64,000 bases of DNA, from assembly GCA_964441155.1 (NCBI GenBank), contig CAYYKL010000004.1:5103-69102 (forward strand). Direction: 5' to 3'. Every line of letters starts with the position of its first letter. Position 1 is the stretch's first letter. The notes beneath the pieces were generated by a model that saw only the letters and a program-made list of their open reading frames with translations, had not been told where the DNA came from and ran no database searches. This document shows positions 20,243-28,785 of this stretch, piece after piece. This stretch comes from an uncultured Pseudomonadales bacterium (lineage in GTDB: Bacteria; Patescibacteriota; Microgenomatia; UBA1400; RBG-16-45-19). The position numbers and the translations under genes are program-made.

Positions 20243-21202
20243 ATGGCGCAGAAGCCCACGATGTCAGCAAGCGATACAACGTCTTTTTTGCAACAAAAAT
20301 TTGGTCATGATATTTCTGAGCTTTCATTATTAAGCGGCGGGGAGTGGTCACAGGCATATTCATTTATCCATCAGAGTCAAAAATATGTGCTTCGCTGGTG
20401 CAAAACAAGAGAATCGTTTGAAAAAGATGCCTTTGCCAGCCAATTCAACTCGCTCAAACTTCCTATCCCTGCAATTTCACAACAAGGTAAAGCATTTGAC
20501 ATGTTTTATGCCATTTCGGATTTCGCACCAGGAAACTTCATCGAGACACTTTCTGCAACTGAACTAGAACTAACACTGCCGGCTTTATGTGACTTGTTCG
20601 ATGCCCTGCGAGATACAGACCTCTCGCCAACGACGGGCTATGGTTTGTGGGACGCATCAGGGCAGGGGAGTCATGCTAGTTGGAAAAGTTATCTGCTTGA
20701 CGTTATCAATGATCGTGAAAGCAGCATTACGCACGGATGGAGCGAGCATTTGCGATCACAACCAAAGCTTGGCGAAATGTTCAATTCGCTCTACGAAATT
20801 CTTGAGAAACACGTCAATGCTTGCCCTGAAGCAAGAGAGTTAATCCATTCAGACTTGCTCAACTTCAATCTGCTCGTATTGGATCACAAAATTAGTGGCG
20901 TTATCGATTGGCAATGCTCGATGTATGGCGATTCACTCTATGACATTGCCTGGTTTTTGTATTACGCACACTGGTATCCCCAATTTGCAGAGATAGGATT
21001 GAGCGAAAAAATACTTACTCACTATAAGCTCGAATCAAATCAAACCGAAAACATAGAGGACAGGCTCCTCTGCTACTATCTCCATATCGGCCTGGGCTCA
21101 ATTGCCTACAATGCCTACAAACAAGATTGGAAGGCAGCCCAAGACGCTTCCCATTACACCATGAAGATAGTTGGAGAATCACACAAGCAATTTATAAAAT
21201 AG
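20243..21202 (+). CDS. Aminoglycoside phosphotransferase (APH)-like kinase
   Basis: LIHSDL..N and VIDWQ...YGD..YD motifs. Confidence 0.85.
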   Translation: MAQKPTMSASDTTSFLQQKFGHDISELSLLSGGEWSQAYSFIHQSQKYVLRWCKTRESFEKDAFASQFNSLKLPIPAISQQGKAFDMFYAISDFAPGNFIETLSATELELTLPALCDLFDALRDTDLSPTTGYGLWDASGQGSHASWKSYLLDVINDRESSITHGWSEHLRSQPKLGEMFNSLYEILEKHVNACPEARELIHSDLLNFNLLVLDHKISGVIDWQCSMYGDSLYDIAWFLYYAHWYPQFAEIGLSEKILTHYKLESNQTENIEDRLLCYYLHIGLGSIAYNAYKQDWKAAQDASHYTMKIVGESHKQFIK

Positions 21203-21325
21203 GTGATTACATTGATATTTCTCATTTAAAAAGAGCCTTTGACATTCGAACTCTCACTTGCTCACTTGACTGATATTATAAAAGTAGTTCTGCTGAAAAA
21301 TTAATACAGAAATCAACTTTGATTT

Positions 21326-21577
21326 ATGAAAAGACTTCTCGCCCAAAATATTTCTATTCCAACACCGGTTGGTTATCCGCGTTATACAATGGAGCAATCA
21401 TTTTTACGCACTTTGCCGCTTTTGCTAGCTAGTTACTCGATTGCAATATTACTTGCATATGTTATTAGAAAATATTTAACAAACTTAATTCTTAAACATT
21501 TTCTACTGGTTATGATTTGGCTTGTTCCAATCGGATGGTCCGTATGGTGGATTTATGCTTGGAGCTCAACGTTCTAA
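21326..21577 (+). CDS. Small membrane protein (two TM helices)
   Basis: 83 aa ATG ORF with two hydrophobic segments. Confidence 0.55.
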   Translation: MKRLLAQNISIPTPVGYPRYTMEQSFLRTLPLLLASYSIAILLAYVIRKYLTNLILKHFLLVMIWLVPIGWSVWWIYAWSSTF

Positions 21578-21698
21578 CTTCAATGGTGATGATTTATATT
21601 TCTGAGGGATTCGAACTACATGAAACAAGGCATGTTGTGGATTTATAAATGCGAACGTGGGTGCCTGATTTTTTTAGCCGTTTGAATAATCAAGTGTA

Positions 21699-22265
21699 TT
21701 AACTTGAAGTTGCTTCTTCTAAAAGCTCTGGAAATTCATTCGTTCCCATTTGAAAGTAAAGAAAGTGCAATTTATCTTTTAATCTGACAATTCTTGGTTT
21801 CAATGCTTTCACATACAAAGTAAGTGACTCAAGGTGATGCGGCAAATCATTCGATGTGAATAACACAATTTCTTGGGCAATTCGAGTTGCATCTTCCGGT
21901 AGAGTGAAATCGTACAAATCTTGCCGAGTATCATCAGGAGTTTCAGGAATTTTTGCTGGAGCGACCAAAATAAGTTTTTGAACTTGTACGCCAGTTTCCA
22001 GCAACCAGCGTACTAGAAACGCTCCATCACAACTATGACCAATCAAGATGCTCTCTTGATCAATGCGGTATTTCTCAAACGCTTCTTTCCATTCAGAATA
22101 ATTTGGTTTCCAAGGTGTAGGCAAATCAAGAGCAATTGCTGATTTACCGTTTTCATTTAGCTTGTTTGCAAGCCAATTCATCCAACGATTTTCTTTGGGT
22201 GTTACTAGTGCTTCACTCGGAGGACAACCGTGAAGAATTAGGTACTGCGGGTTCGTTTGAGTCAT
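21699..22265 (-). CDS. RBBP9/YdeN family alpha/beta hydrolase
   Basis: ILHG, W..WL, LIGHSC, LILVAP, SND and HF motifs; ATG start chosen at 22265. Confidence 0.85.
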   Translation of the reverse strand: MTQTNPQYLILHGCPPSEALVTPKENRWMNWLANKLNENGKSAIALDLPTPWKPNYSEWKEAFEKYRIDQESILIGHSCDGAFLVRWLLETGVQVQKLILVAPAKIPETPDDTRQDLYDFTLPEDATRIAQEIVLFTSNDLPHHLESLTLYVKALKPRIVRLKDKLHFLYFQMGTNEFPELLEEATSS

Positions 22266-22356
22266 AGTCCATAAAGTATATCGCAATCATTCACATGGTG
22301 GGCATCAAAACCCTGCTAAAACTAAATCTGGATTATAAAAAGTGTGGAAAATTACA

Positions 22357-22386
22357 AAAAAAGACTGAAAATGATCAGTCTTTTTT
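22357..22386 (-). terminator. Intrinsic terminator-like hairpin following the degenerate tRNA-Glu 3' copy
   Basis: AAAAAAGACTGA-N6-TCAGTCTTTTTT. Confidence 0.65.
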
Positions 22387-22390
22387 AAAA

Positions 22391-22473
22391 GTGAACCCAC
22401 AGGAGAACTCTCGTTTCGCTTCGCATCACGGGATTTCTCAGGTTCGCTCTGCTCACTTGAGGCAAGAACCCTG
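22391..22473 (-). repeat. Degenerate copy of the tRNA-Glu T-arm and 3' end, interrupted by a two-hairpin insert
   Basis: GTGAACCCACAGGAGAA-[insert]-GAACCCTG versus intact GTGACCCCACAGGGAATCGAACCCTG at 22538-22563. Confidence 0.7.
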
Positions 22474-22503
22474 AAGTATTAATTCAATCATAGGATAATT
22501 ACA

Positions 22504-22533
22504 AAAATAGGCTGGATTAATCCAGCCTATTTT
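22504..22533 (-). terminator. Terminator of the tRNA-Lys/tRNA-Glu transcript
   Basis: Perfect 30-bp palindrome AAAATAGGCTGGATTAATCCAGCCTATTTT just after the tRNA-Glu 3' end. Confidence 0.75.
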
Positions 22534-22538
22534 GCAAG

Positions 22539-22610
22539 TGACCCCACAGGGAATCGAACCCTGGTTGCCGGGATGAAAACCCGATGTCCTAACCGCTAGA
22601 CGATGGGGCC
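22539..22610 (-). tRNA. tRNA-Glu(TTC)
   Basis: Cloverleaf GGCCCCA...TGGGGTCA; anticodon loop TT-TTC-AT; CCA not encoded. Confidence 0.95.
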
Positions 22611-22694
22611 AGGGATAGACATGAGACGTCAGTGATAAGTCATTAGAATGTAATTTCTAACGACCCTAAGACCAAAGTCAAACGTCTAATCTTG

Positions 22695-22766
22695 TGAGCC
22701 CGGATGGGATCGAACCATCGACACAGAGCTTAAAAGGCTCCTGCTCTACCACTGAGCTACGGGCCC
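22695..22766 (-). tRNA. tRNA-Lys(TTT)
   Basis: Cloverleaf GGGCCCG...CGGGCTCA; anticodon loop CT-TTT-AA; CCA not encoded. Confidence 0.95.
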
Positions 22767-23001
22767 GGATAAAATTCCGAGAGCATTTACTTGTCAAATA
22801 TTATTTCAATAATCCCACTGATGCCCTTACGGGCACTTGCGTCAGATATCCTTATCTGACTTCAGGCTACGGGCCCGAATAAAATTCCAAGGCATTTCTA
22901 TTTTAAATACACCACTTACTATCCCACTGATACCCTTCGGGTACTTCGGCCAATTTAAACGAATTGGTCTCAGGCATACAGGCCCAGAATAAATTCCGAG
23001 C
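22749..23001 (-). repeat. Tandem units of about 110 bp, each containing the tRNA-Lys leader and 5' end split by a two-hairpin insert
   Basis: CCACTGA...GCTACGGGCCC..ATAAAATTCC recurs at 22749 (intact tRNA), 22815 and 22924. Confidence 0.8.
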
Positions 23002-23007
23002 CTGGGT

Positions 23008-23037
23008 ATTATAGCGAGTCAAACCCCACACAATCAA
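23008..23037 (-). promoter_or_regulatory. Probable promoter of the tRNA-Lys/tRNA-Glu transcript
   Basis: Minus strand TTGATT-N18-TATAAT just upstream of the outermost repeat. Confidence 0.55.
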
Positions 23038-23163
23038 CTAGGCAGACTCTTCTATCACCTCTGGAAGCAACCTCTTGACTTTTCGTCAAGCCCATCCCTA
23101 AGATGGGTAGGTGAGTAAATATCTTATCTACTCACGAATCAAAGCAGGAAGGGAGGTGAAATC

Positions 23164-24282
23164 ATGCAAATTAAATCTGCCCATTTATTAGGCGTCGCTG
23201 CCAGCTTCTTTCTAGCACTCGCAATGCTCGTTCCTGGAGCTCAAGCAGCACAAGTAAAAAACTTAAGCATAACCTTAAGTGATCCTAGACCGAATCCAAC
23301 AAGCACAACGCACACGTATTTGTTCACTCACGTGACTGCTGCAACACTCAAAATGATCAATTTTGAATACTGCACCACCCCGTCTGGAACATGCACTGCC
23401 CCTGCAAACGTTAACACCAGTTCTGCAACCGAAGGTACCCTAAGTGGTATTACGGCGGCACAATGGACATTAAACGTAGGTGTGGCTGCAAACCCCAAAC
23501 TTCAGCACACAGGTGCCGGAGAAGCCGTTTCAGGAAATACCGTTATGTCGCTTGGAATCGGTACAGTAACCAACCACGCAATTGATGACTGCCAGGCTGC
23601 TGGAGACACGTCGTCTGATACCTGTTATGTCCGTGTTACCTCGTGTACAGAAGTCACGAACTGTTCGTCTTCTGTCGCAACTAACAAGACTGATGAAGGT
23701 ATCGCCTCCTATACAGTCGTAGCCGCCGTCACGGTGACCGCTCGTGTTGATCCAACCTTTACGTTTGTGGTTAACTCAGTGGCTGCCAGCCAAGTGAACA
23801 ACGAAATCACGACTTCAGTTGCAAGTACGTTTAGCACGCTGCCTTTCGGCAACTTGACTGCCGGCACACCCAAATATGCCGCGCATCGCTTAAACGTGAC
23901 TACTAATACGCAAGCTGGATACACGGTATCCAACCGTATGGTAACTGCCATGACAGGTGTGTACGCAGGCAATAACATTGATCCGTTCACGCATGCCTGG
24001 AGTGCTGCCGCTGTCTGGACCGAACCAACGGGAACGGCCGCAAGCGTCAACACCGGCTGGGTCGGTGCGAATACAACCGACACTGATGTAGCCAACTGGA
24101 CCGCTGGTATGGCTCAAAAGTTCGGCGGTGTTACGAGTTCGGCTCAAACCGTCATGCAATCAAGCACCTCAGACAATGGTTCTAGTGGTGTCTATGTAAC
24201 TTATGCTGTAGAAGCGAATGTGTACCAACCAGCTGATACCTACACTGGTGTCCTGGTCTACAACGCTCTACCGACGTACTAA
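23164..24282 (+). CDS. Secreted Thr/Ser/Ala-rich beta protein with WxL-like C-terminal domain
   Basis: Signal peptide (AQA-AQ); strong SD GGAGGTGA; ends ADTYTGVLVYNALPTY. Confidence 0.7.
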   Translation: MQIKSAHLLGVAASFFLALAMLVPGAQAAQVKNLSITLSDPRPNPTSTTHTYLFTHVTAATLKMINFEYCTTPSGTCTAPANVNTSSATEGTLSGITAAQWTLNVGVAANPKLQHTGAGEAVSGNTVMSLGIGTVTNHAIDDCQAAGDTSSDTCYVRVTSCTEVTNCSSSVATNKTDEGIASYTVVAAVTVTARVDPTFTFVVNSVAASQVNNEITTSVASTFSTLPFGNLTAGTPKYAAHRLNVTTNTQAGYTVSNRMVTAMTGVYAGNNIDPFTHAWSAAAVWTEPTGTAASVNTGWVGANTTDTDVANWTAGMAQKFGGVTSSAQTVMQSSTSDNGSSGVYVTYAVEANVYQPADTYTGVLVYNALPTY

Positions 24283-24370
24283 TATGATGCCTTATTTGAT
24301 TGTTTTTAGAGGACGCCTCTCTTGAACTATCAAAACAAGCTCATGTTTTACGTCCGGATGTAAAACCAAT

Positions 24371-24401
24371 ATCCCGCTGTAAGCGTTACAGCGGGATTTT
24401 T
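24371..24401 (+). terminator. Intrinsic terminator
   Basis: 12-bp stem ATCCCGCTGTAA/TTACAGCGGGAT followed by a T-tract. Confidence 0.8.
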
Positions 24402-24472
24402 GGTACTTCAGGTTACATACCAAGACATGTAGTCACTATATATGTGCTTAATGCGTTATGATGTTCTAGCGT

Positions 24473-27316
24473 ATGTCCATGAAATTTTTTCGTTTCGCAG
24501 CCATATTGTGTATGTGCTCTGGCCTAATTACCATGGTCGCACCTCGCCCTGCCCTTGCGGCTATCACCTCTGTTACGGAAGATTCAACCACCATTACCGT
24601 GAATGTCGCCAATAAATATCGAGCCATTTTTACCAAAGGCGATACAACTGACTATCTCAAGATTTATGATCGAGCCGAGGATGACAGTAATCCAGATCTC
24701 TTGCTGGAAGAGGTGGGACCATATATTTTTGAAGAAAACATTGATTACATGCTACGTTATGACCCCGGTCGCATCATGCAGATTGTCGAAGTCAGCGATA
24801 CTCGAGTTATCGTCGAAGCACGTGGTCATTTTTGTCGCACCGGCAATGAAAATTGTGTGGACGATGGCGCAGACGATATTTCAGTGCTAGCACTCTACAC
24901 CTTTACTCCAAATGGCATGTGGGTGAAGAACACGACTGATTTCAAAACCAGTGGCGTTGGACTTGATGCAACCGGAACCACCGATTCCTATAATTGGCTG
25001 AATCTTGAGGTTGATGGCACTGATGCCGCATTCTCGGACAGCGCATCTCCAGCAATCTATTATGGTGATGGGTCAACCGAAAGCTCAACCTCGACTGATG
25101 GAGATACCTTTGAAGATAGCAATGTCTATGTCGTCGCTCCCGGACAAGGCAGCTATCAATCCATGCATATTGGTGTAACTAATTGGCTCTCCATGGCCGG
25201 AGGTACCGATAATTGGCTTTGGGACGAAAACTTTTCTGGAACACTCGATAAACTAACCACACAGGAACAAGGGACAACACCAACGAGCACCAAAACTATG
25301 AGTTGGTTTGTTAGGTTTGCAACTCAAGGAGAACTAGATACCGAGAATGAACGTGAGGCAATTAGCAATGATCAGCGTAATCCGGATACACTTTCGTTTA
25401 CCACGGGTAGTGCGTGGCAAGAAGTAGGCAGCGATGATTTTAATGAATACCAAGGCACCTATACCGGTAATTTTTCGAGCAATGAATTATTGGTCGATCT
25501 CGACGGCAACACCTATTCTCGATTTTTCCCGCTGTGGAAGTTTAAAACCTGGAGATCAGTGAGTGCCCCCACATCAGCGAGCTTGGACGCGCTTTGGCTG
25601 GCCCCGGCAACAAGTTACAACATGAGCGTTCAACCAGTTGCGCATGCTTCCTGGGCACAAGATATTGCCCTCTACACCTCACTTGAATCCAGCGGTGCAT
25701 CAACGACACCCAACATTGGCCCTGCGGCAGGCAATGTTGACGGCACTACCACATTTGAAACGGGAATCTATGGGAATGGTGCACTCTTTAATACCGATGA
25801 TGAGCGAATCCGGTATGCCGGAGCTAATCTCACCTCCAATGCTTATTTTGACGCGGAGAGTGACTTCGGCACTATGGCGGTAGAGTTTTGGTTCAAACCG
25901 ACTAGCGACGATGACGCAGCCACGAACATGAATCTCTTTCGCATTGAGCTAGATGCAAGTAATGGCATGGGAGTGATCAAAAATTCTTCAACTAATCTTC
26001 GTTTGAGCCTGGAAACTAATGGCACCGCGTATAATTATCAGATTGCTAATGCCGACTTTTCAAGAATTTGGGAGGTCGGCAAATGGATGCATATTCGGGC
26101 TGTCTGGGACGACACGCAGGCCAACACAGATCAACAGAAAATATTTTTAAACGGGATTGAGCCCACACACACCGATCCAGGCACTGCATTTACTATTACC
26201 AATTTAACGAGTACGCCAAATGTAATCTTTATTGGAAATGGATCCGCTGGGACATCAGAAGCCAGAGGTATAATCGATGAATTTTATATCTACTCTGGAG
26301 CAATTCAACCCTTAGCTGCCGGAGGCAATACTGCTGATACTGACGAATATCTGAATGACACGAGCAGCGACTTTACTTTAAGCTTCGCCGATGACTCGAC
26401 CACCAACCAGGCAGAATATTTATTTTTAGGAGGTGAAACCAAATACACCGGCATAAATAGTTCATTGGCTACCCTTGGATCTGGCAGTTCACCTGCTGTT
26501 GATTGGGAGTATTGGAATGGGACGACTTGGAGTGCTCTAACGGTGACCGATACGACCAGCGGAGCAAATGATTTCACTGCCAGTGGCAATTTTTACTTTT
26601 CCGCTCCTTCGGATTGGGCTACTTATTCGCACTCTGCTTCACCTGAACTTTATTATGTCAGAGCCCACCTCGAATCAGGATCACTCACGACCAGCCCCGT
26701 TGAAGATACTATTCGCACCGATGCTGTTACGTTTCAATACTTAGGGAATGTCACAACTGCAGCCCAAAGTTTATCTTTGCCGTTAGAAAATCCATCAATC
26801 AGTTTTACCGTAAATGCAGTGCCTGGAAGTACTGCCACCAATGGAATTACTACGTCGGTAGCTAGCACATTCAACACCTTGCCATTTGGGAGCCTGGTCA
26901 TTGGCACGCCAAAATATGTAGCTCACCAGTTATCGGCTACCACCAATGCTCATTTTGGCTATGCCGTGACCATGAAACTCGTGAGCTACATGCAAGGCAA
27001 TTATCCGGGCAATAATATTGATCCGTTCATTGCGAGTTGGAGTATCCCCACCACCTGGACCGAACCAACGGGCTCAACTGCCAATGTGGACACTGGTTGG
27101 ATTGGTGCCAATACTTCAGACACCAGAGTAGCCAATTGGACAAGTGCTTCGGGACTGTTTGGCGGGATAACCAGCAGCGCGCAAACGGTAATGTACAGCA
27201 CGAGTGCTGATGACGGTAGCAATGTTTATGTGACCTATGCCGTAGAGGTGAACGACAAACAGCCGGCTGATCTGTATTCGGGATCGGTCACCTATACGAT
27301 TACACCCACATATTAA
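24473..27316 (+). CDS. Large secreted protein with LamG/ConA-like domain and the same C-terminal domain as 23164-24282
   Basis: Signal peptide (ALA-AI); VEFWFKP...WMHIRAVWD...GIIDEFYIY LamG signature; closely similar C-terminal domain. Confidence 0.78.
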   Translation: MSMKFFRFAAILCMCSGLITMVAPRPALAAITSVTEDSTTITVNVANKYRAIFTKGDTTDYLKIYDRAEDDSNPDLLLEEVGPYIFEENIDYMLRYDPGRIMQIVEVSDTRVIVEARGHFCRTGNENCVDDGADDISVLALYTFTPNGMWVKNTTDFKTSGVGLDATGTTDSYNWLNLEVDGTDAAFSDSASPAIYYGDGSTESSTSTDGDTFEDSNVYVVAPGQGSYQSMHIGVTNWLSMAGGTDNWLWDENFSGTLDKLTTQEQGTTPTSTKTMSWFVRFATQGELDTENEREAISNDQRNPDTLSFTTGSAWQEVGSDDFNEYQGTYTGNFSSNELLVDLDGNTYSRFFPLWKFKTWRSVSAPTSASLDALWLAPATSYNMSVQPVAHASWAQDIALYTSLESSGASTTPNIGPAAGNVDGTTTFETGIYGNGALFNTDDERIRYAGANLTSNAYFDAESDFGTMAVEFWFKPTSDDDAATNMNLFRIELDASNGMGVIKNSSTNLRLSLETNGTAYNYQIANADFSRIWEVGKWMHIRAVWDDTQANTDQQKIFLNGIEPTHTDPGTAFTITNLTSTPNVIFIGNGSAGTSEARGIIDEFYIYSGAIQPLAAGGNTADTDEYLNDTSSDFTLSFADDSTTNQAEYLFLGGETKYTGINSSLATLGSGSSPAVDWEYWNGTTWSALTVTDTTSGANDFTASGNFYFSAPSDWATYSHSASPELYYVRAHLESGSLTTSPVEDTIRTDAVTFQYLGNVTTAAQSLSLPLENPSISFTVNAVPGSTATNGITTSVASTFNTLPFGSLVIGTPKYVAHQLSATTNAHFGYAVTMKLVSYMQGNYPGNNIDPFIASWSIPTTWTEPTGSTANVDTGWIGANTSDTRVANWTSASGLFGGITSSAQTVMYSTSADDGSNVYVTYAVEVNDKQPADLYSGSVTYTITPTY

Positions 27317-27859
27317 CTAGAGAATTTGTTTGTTTGCTGATATATCAAATTGCACAACTTTGGTCGTGGGACCTTGTTGCAGGGTGACTTGCACTAGGCC
27401 GTCTTTGCGTGGCAAGAAAAATTCATAGACAAAACTTCCACCAGCTGCAGGCTTAACGGACTTCATCTCCACTGCATGCCCAAGTACATTAGTATCTGCT
27501 GAGGCTGACGCATTAATTTCTTGTGGCAACAATGATTCGGGGGGCAGGACGGTCGCCGAAATAGTGATAGCCACTTGAGATTGGGGTGCTAATCCCGCCA
27601 CTTGCAGTCTGCCCGAATCGCTTGCATAGGCGACACTGGTGACTTCAATCGGTGAGGCTGCATCTTTTGGCGCGCTTTTTGGCTGACTCTGCATTGACTC
27701 AAGCATCTTTTTTAAATCTTCTACTGTAGCAGCATCTTTAGCGCTCGTTCCGGTGGTTGATTTGGCATCGGATTGTTTGCTTAGGGTTGCCGCGACAAAA
27801 ATCCCTACAGGGAGCAAGAGTAAAAGCAAAACGAGCAATAATTTATCTACGATTCCCAT
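27317..27859 (-). CDS. Hypothetical membrane-anchored protein
   Basis: 180 aa ORF with N-terminal TM helix. Confidence 0.65.
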   Translation of the reverse strand: MGIVDKLLLVLLLLLLPVGIFVAATLSKQSDAKSTTGTSAKDAATVEDLKKMLESMQSQPKSAPKDAASPIEVTSVAYASDSGRLQVAGLAPQSQVAITISATVLPPESLLPQEINASASADTNVLGHAVEMKSVKPAAGGSFVYEFFLPRKDGLVQVTLQQGPTTKVVQFDISANKQIL

Positions 27860-27916
27860 ACTTTTTTCCTAGAGTCACTATAGCGTACCATGATAGTGAA
27901 GGCTTAAATAACTAGT

Positions 27917-28699
27917 ATGCGTGCTGAATCTAATCACACTCTACCACCACATGCAAGCAAGAGCGCTCGCAAGGCAACCGCACAACGCATAACGTTTGTC
28001 GTTGGGCTTATTTGTCTCATTATAGGGATAACATTCATACTCGCCCTGAAGCGGGCAAGCAGCCAGGCGAAAGTCAAGGGAACCGCAACCCAACTATCAG
28101 CTTCACAAGTGCTGGCTCACGTAAACCTTCTGCGTCAAGAATTAGGCATTGCTCCTTTAGTTGTTCATCCCTCACTTGAGCAGGCTGCCGCGCAAAAAGC
28201 TGCCCACATGATCGATAGTGGCTATTGGGAACACACCGATCCCAATTCAGGCATTACCCCGTGGCAATTTATCGATGCCACTGGATATCGGTATGCAAAA
28301 GCTGGGGAAAATTTGGCTCGTGATTTCGATGATTCTCAAAAAGTCACTGAGGCTTGGATGGCCTCACCTCCACACCGAGCCAACTTGCTCGAATCTGCCT
28401 ACATGCATACGGGCATCGGCATCGCGTATGGCATGAGAAGCGATCAACCCACCGTGCTCGTGGTGCAACTGTTAGCCAAACCACTATTGCTACATGAGAC
28501 AGAAAGAACAGGCGAATTTATGTCCACTGCTGCCGTTGCCCCGCAATCAACGCCCACCATTATGCTTATCTTTGCCGGGGGAATACTTTTTGTCGTAGTG
28601 GGCTTGGGGGTACTCATGCTCTCAAGGCGCAACAGTGCACAACAGGTTTCAAATCGCCAGAGCAATAACGCCCCGCCCCTACATCTATGGAGCACATGA
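27917..28699 (+). CDS. CAP (SCP-like) domain membrane protein
   Basis: N..R, AGENLA, WMASPPHRANLL and GIG motifs; two TM helices. Confidence 0.92.
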   Translation: MRAESNHTLPPHASKSARKATAQRITFVVGLICLIIGITFILALKRASSQAKVKGTATQLSASQVLAHVNLLRQELGIAPLVVHPSLEQAAAQKAAHMIDSGYWEHTDPNSGITPWQFIDATGYRYAKAGENLARDFDDSQKVTEAWMASPPHRANLLESAYMHTGIGIAYGMRSDQPTVLVVQLLAKPLLLHETERTGEFMSTAAVAPQSTPTIMLIFAGGILFVVVGLGVLMLSRRNSAQQVSNRQSNNAPPLHLWST

Positions 28700-28785
28700 G
28701 ATAACAAAAACCACACTTGAACTTAGGACCCAAAGTCAGCTACTATCAATACATAATCTAATTTTTTAAGAAGTGACCACTGCCC

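Noticed and set aside
20243-21202. Definite antibiotic resistance gene
   Set aside because: Only generic APH-fold motifs are visible; the substrate cannot be inferred.
22694-22882. 62-aa ORF
   Set aside because: Antisense shadow of tRNA-Lys and its repeats.
22815-22985. Intron-containing complete tRNA genes
   Set aside because: Only about the first 18 nt of the tRNA are present in each unit; no anticodon or T arm follows.
22749-23001. CRISPR array interpretation of the repeats upstream of tRNA-Lys
   Set aside because: The repeats are tRNA-derived and degenerate, the intervening parts are homologous to each other, and no cas genes are present.
23709-24159. Antisense ORFs inside long genes (here and throughout the ORF track)
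   Set aside because: Shadow ORFs with no motifs or start signals, fully overlapping well-supported CDSs.
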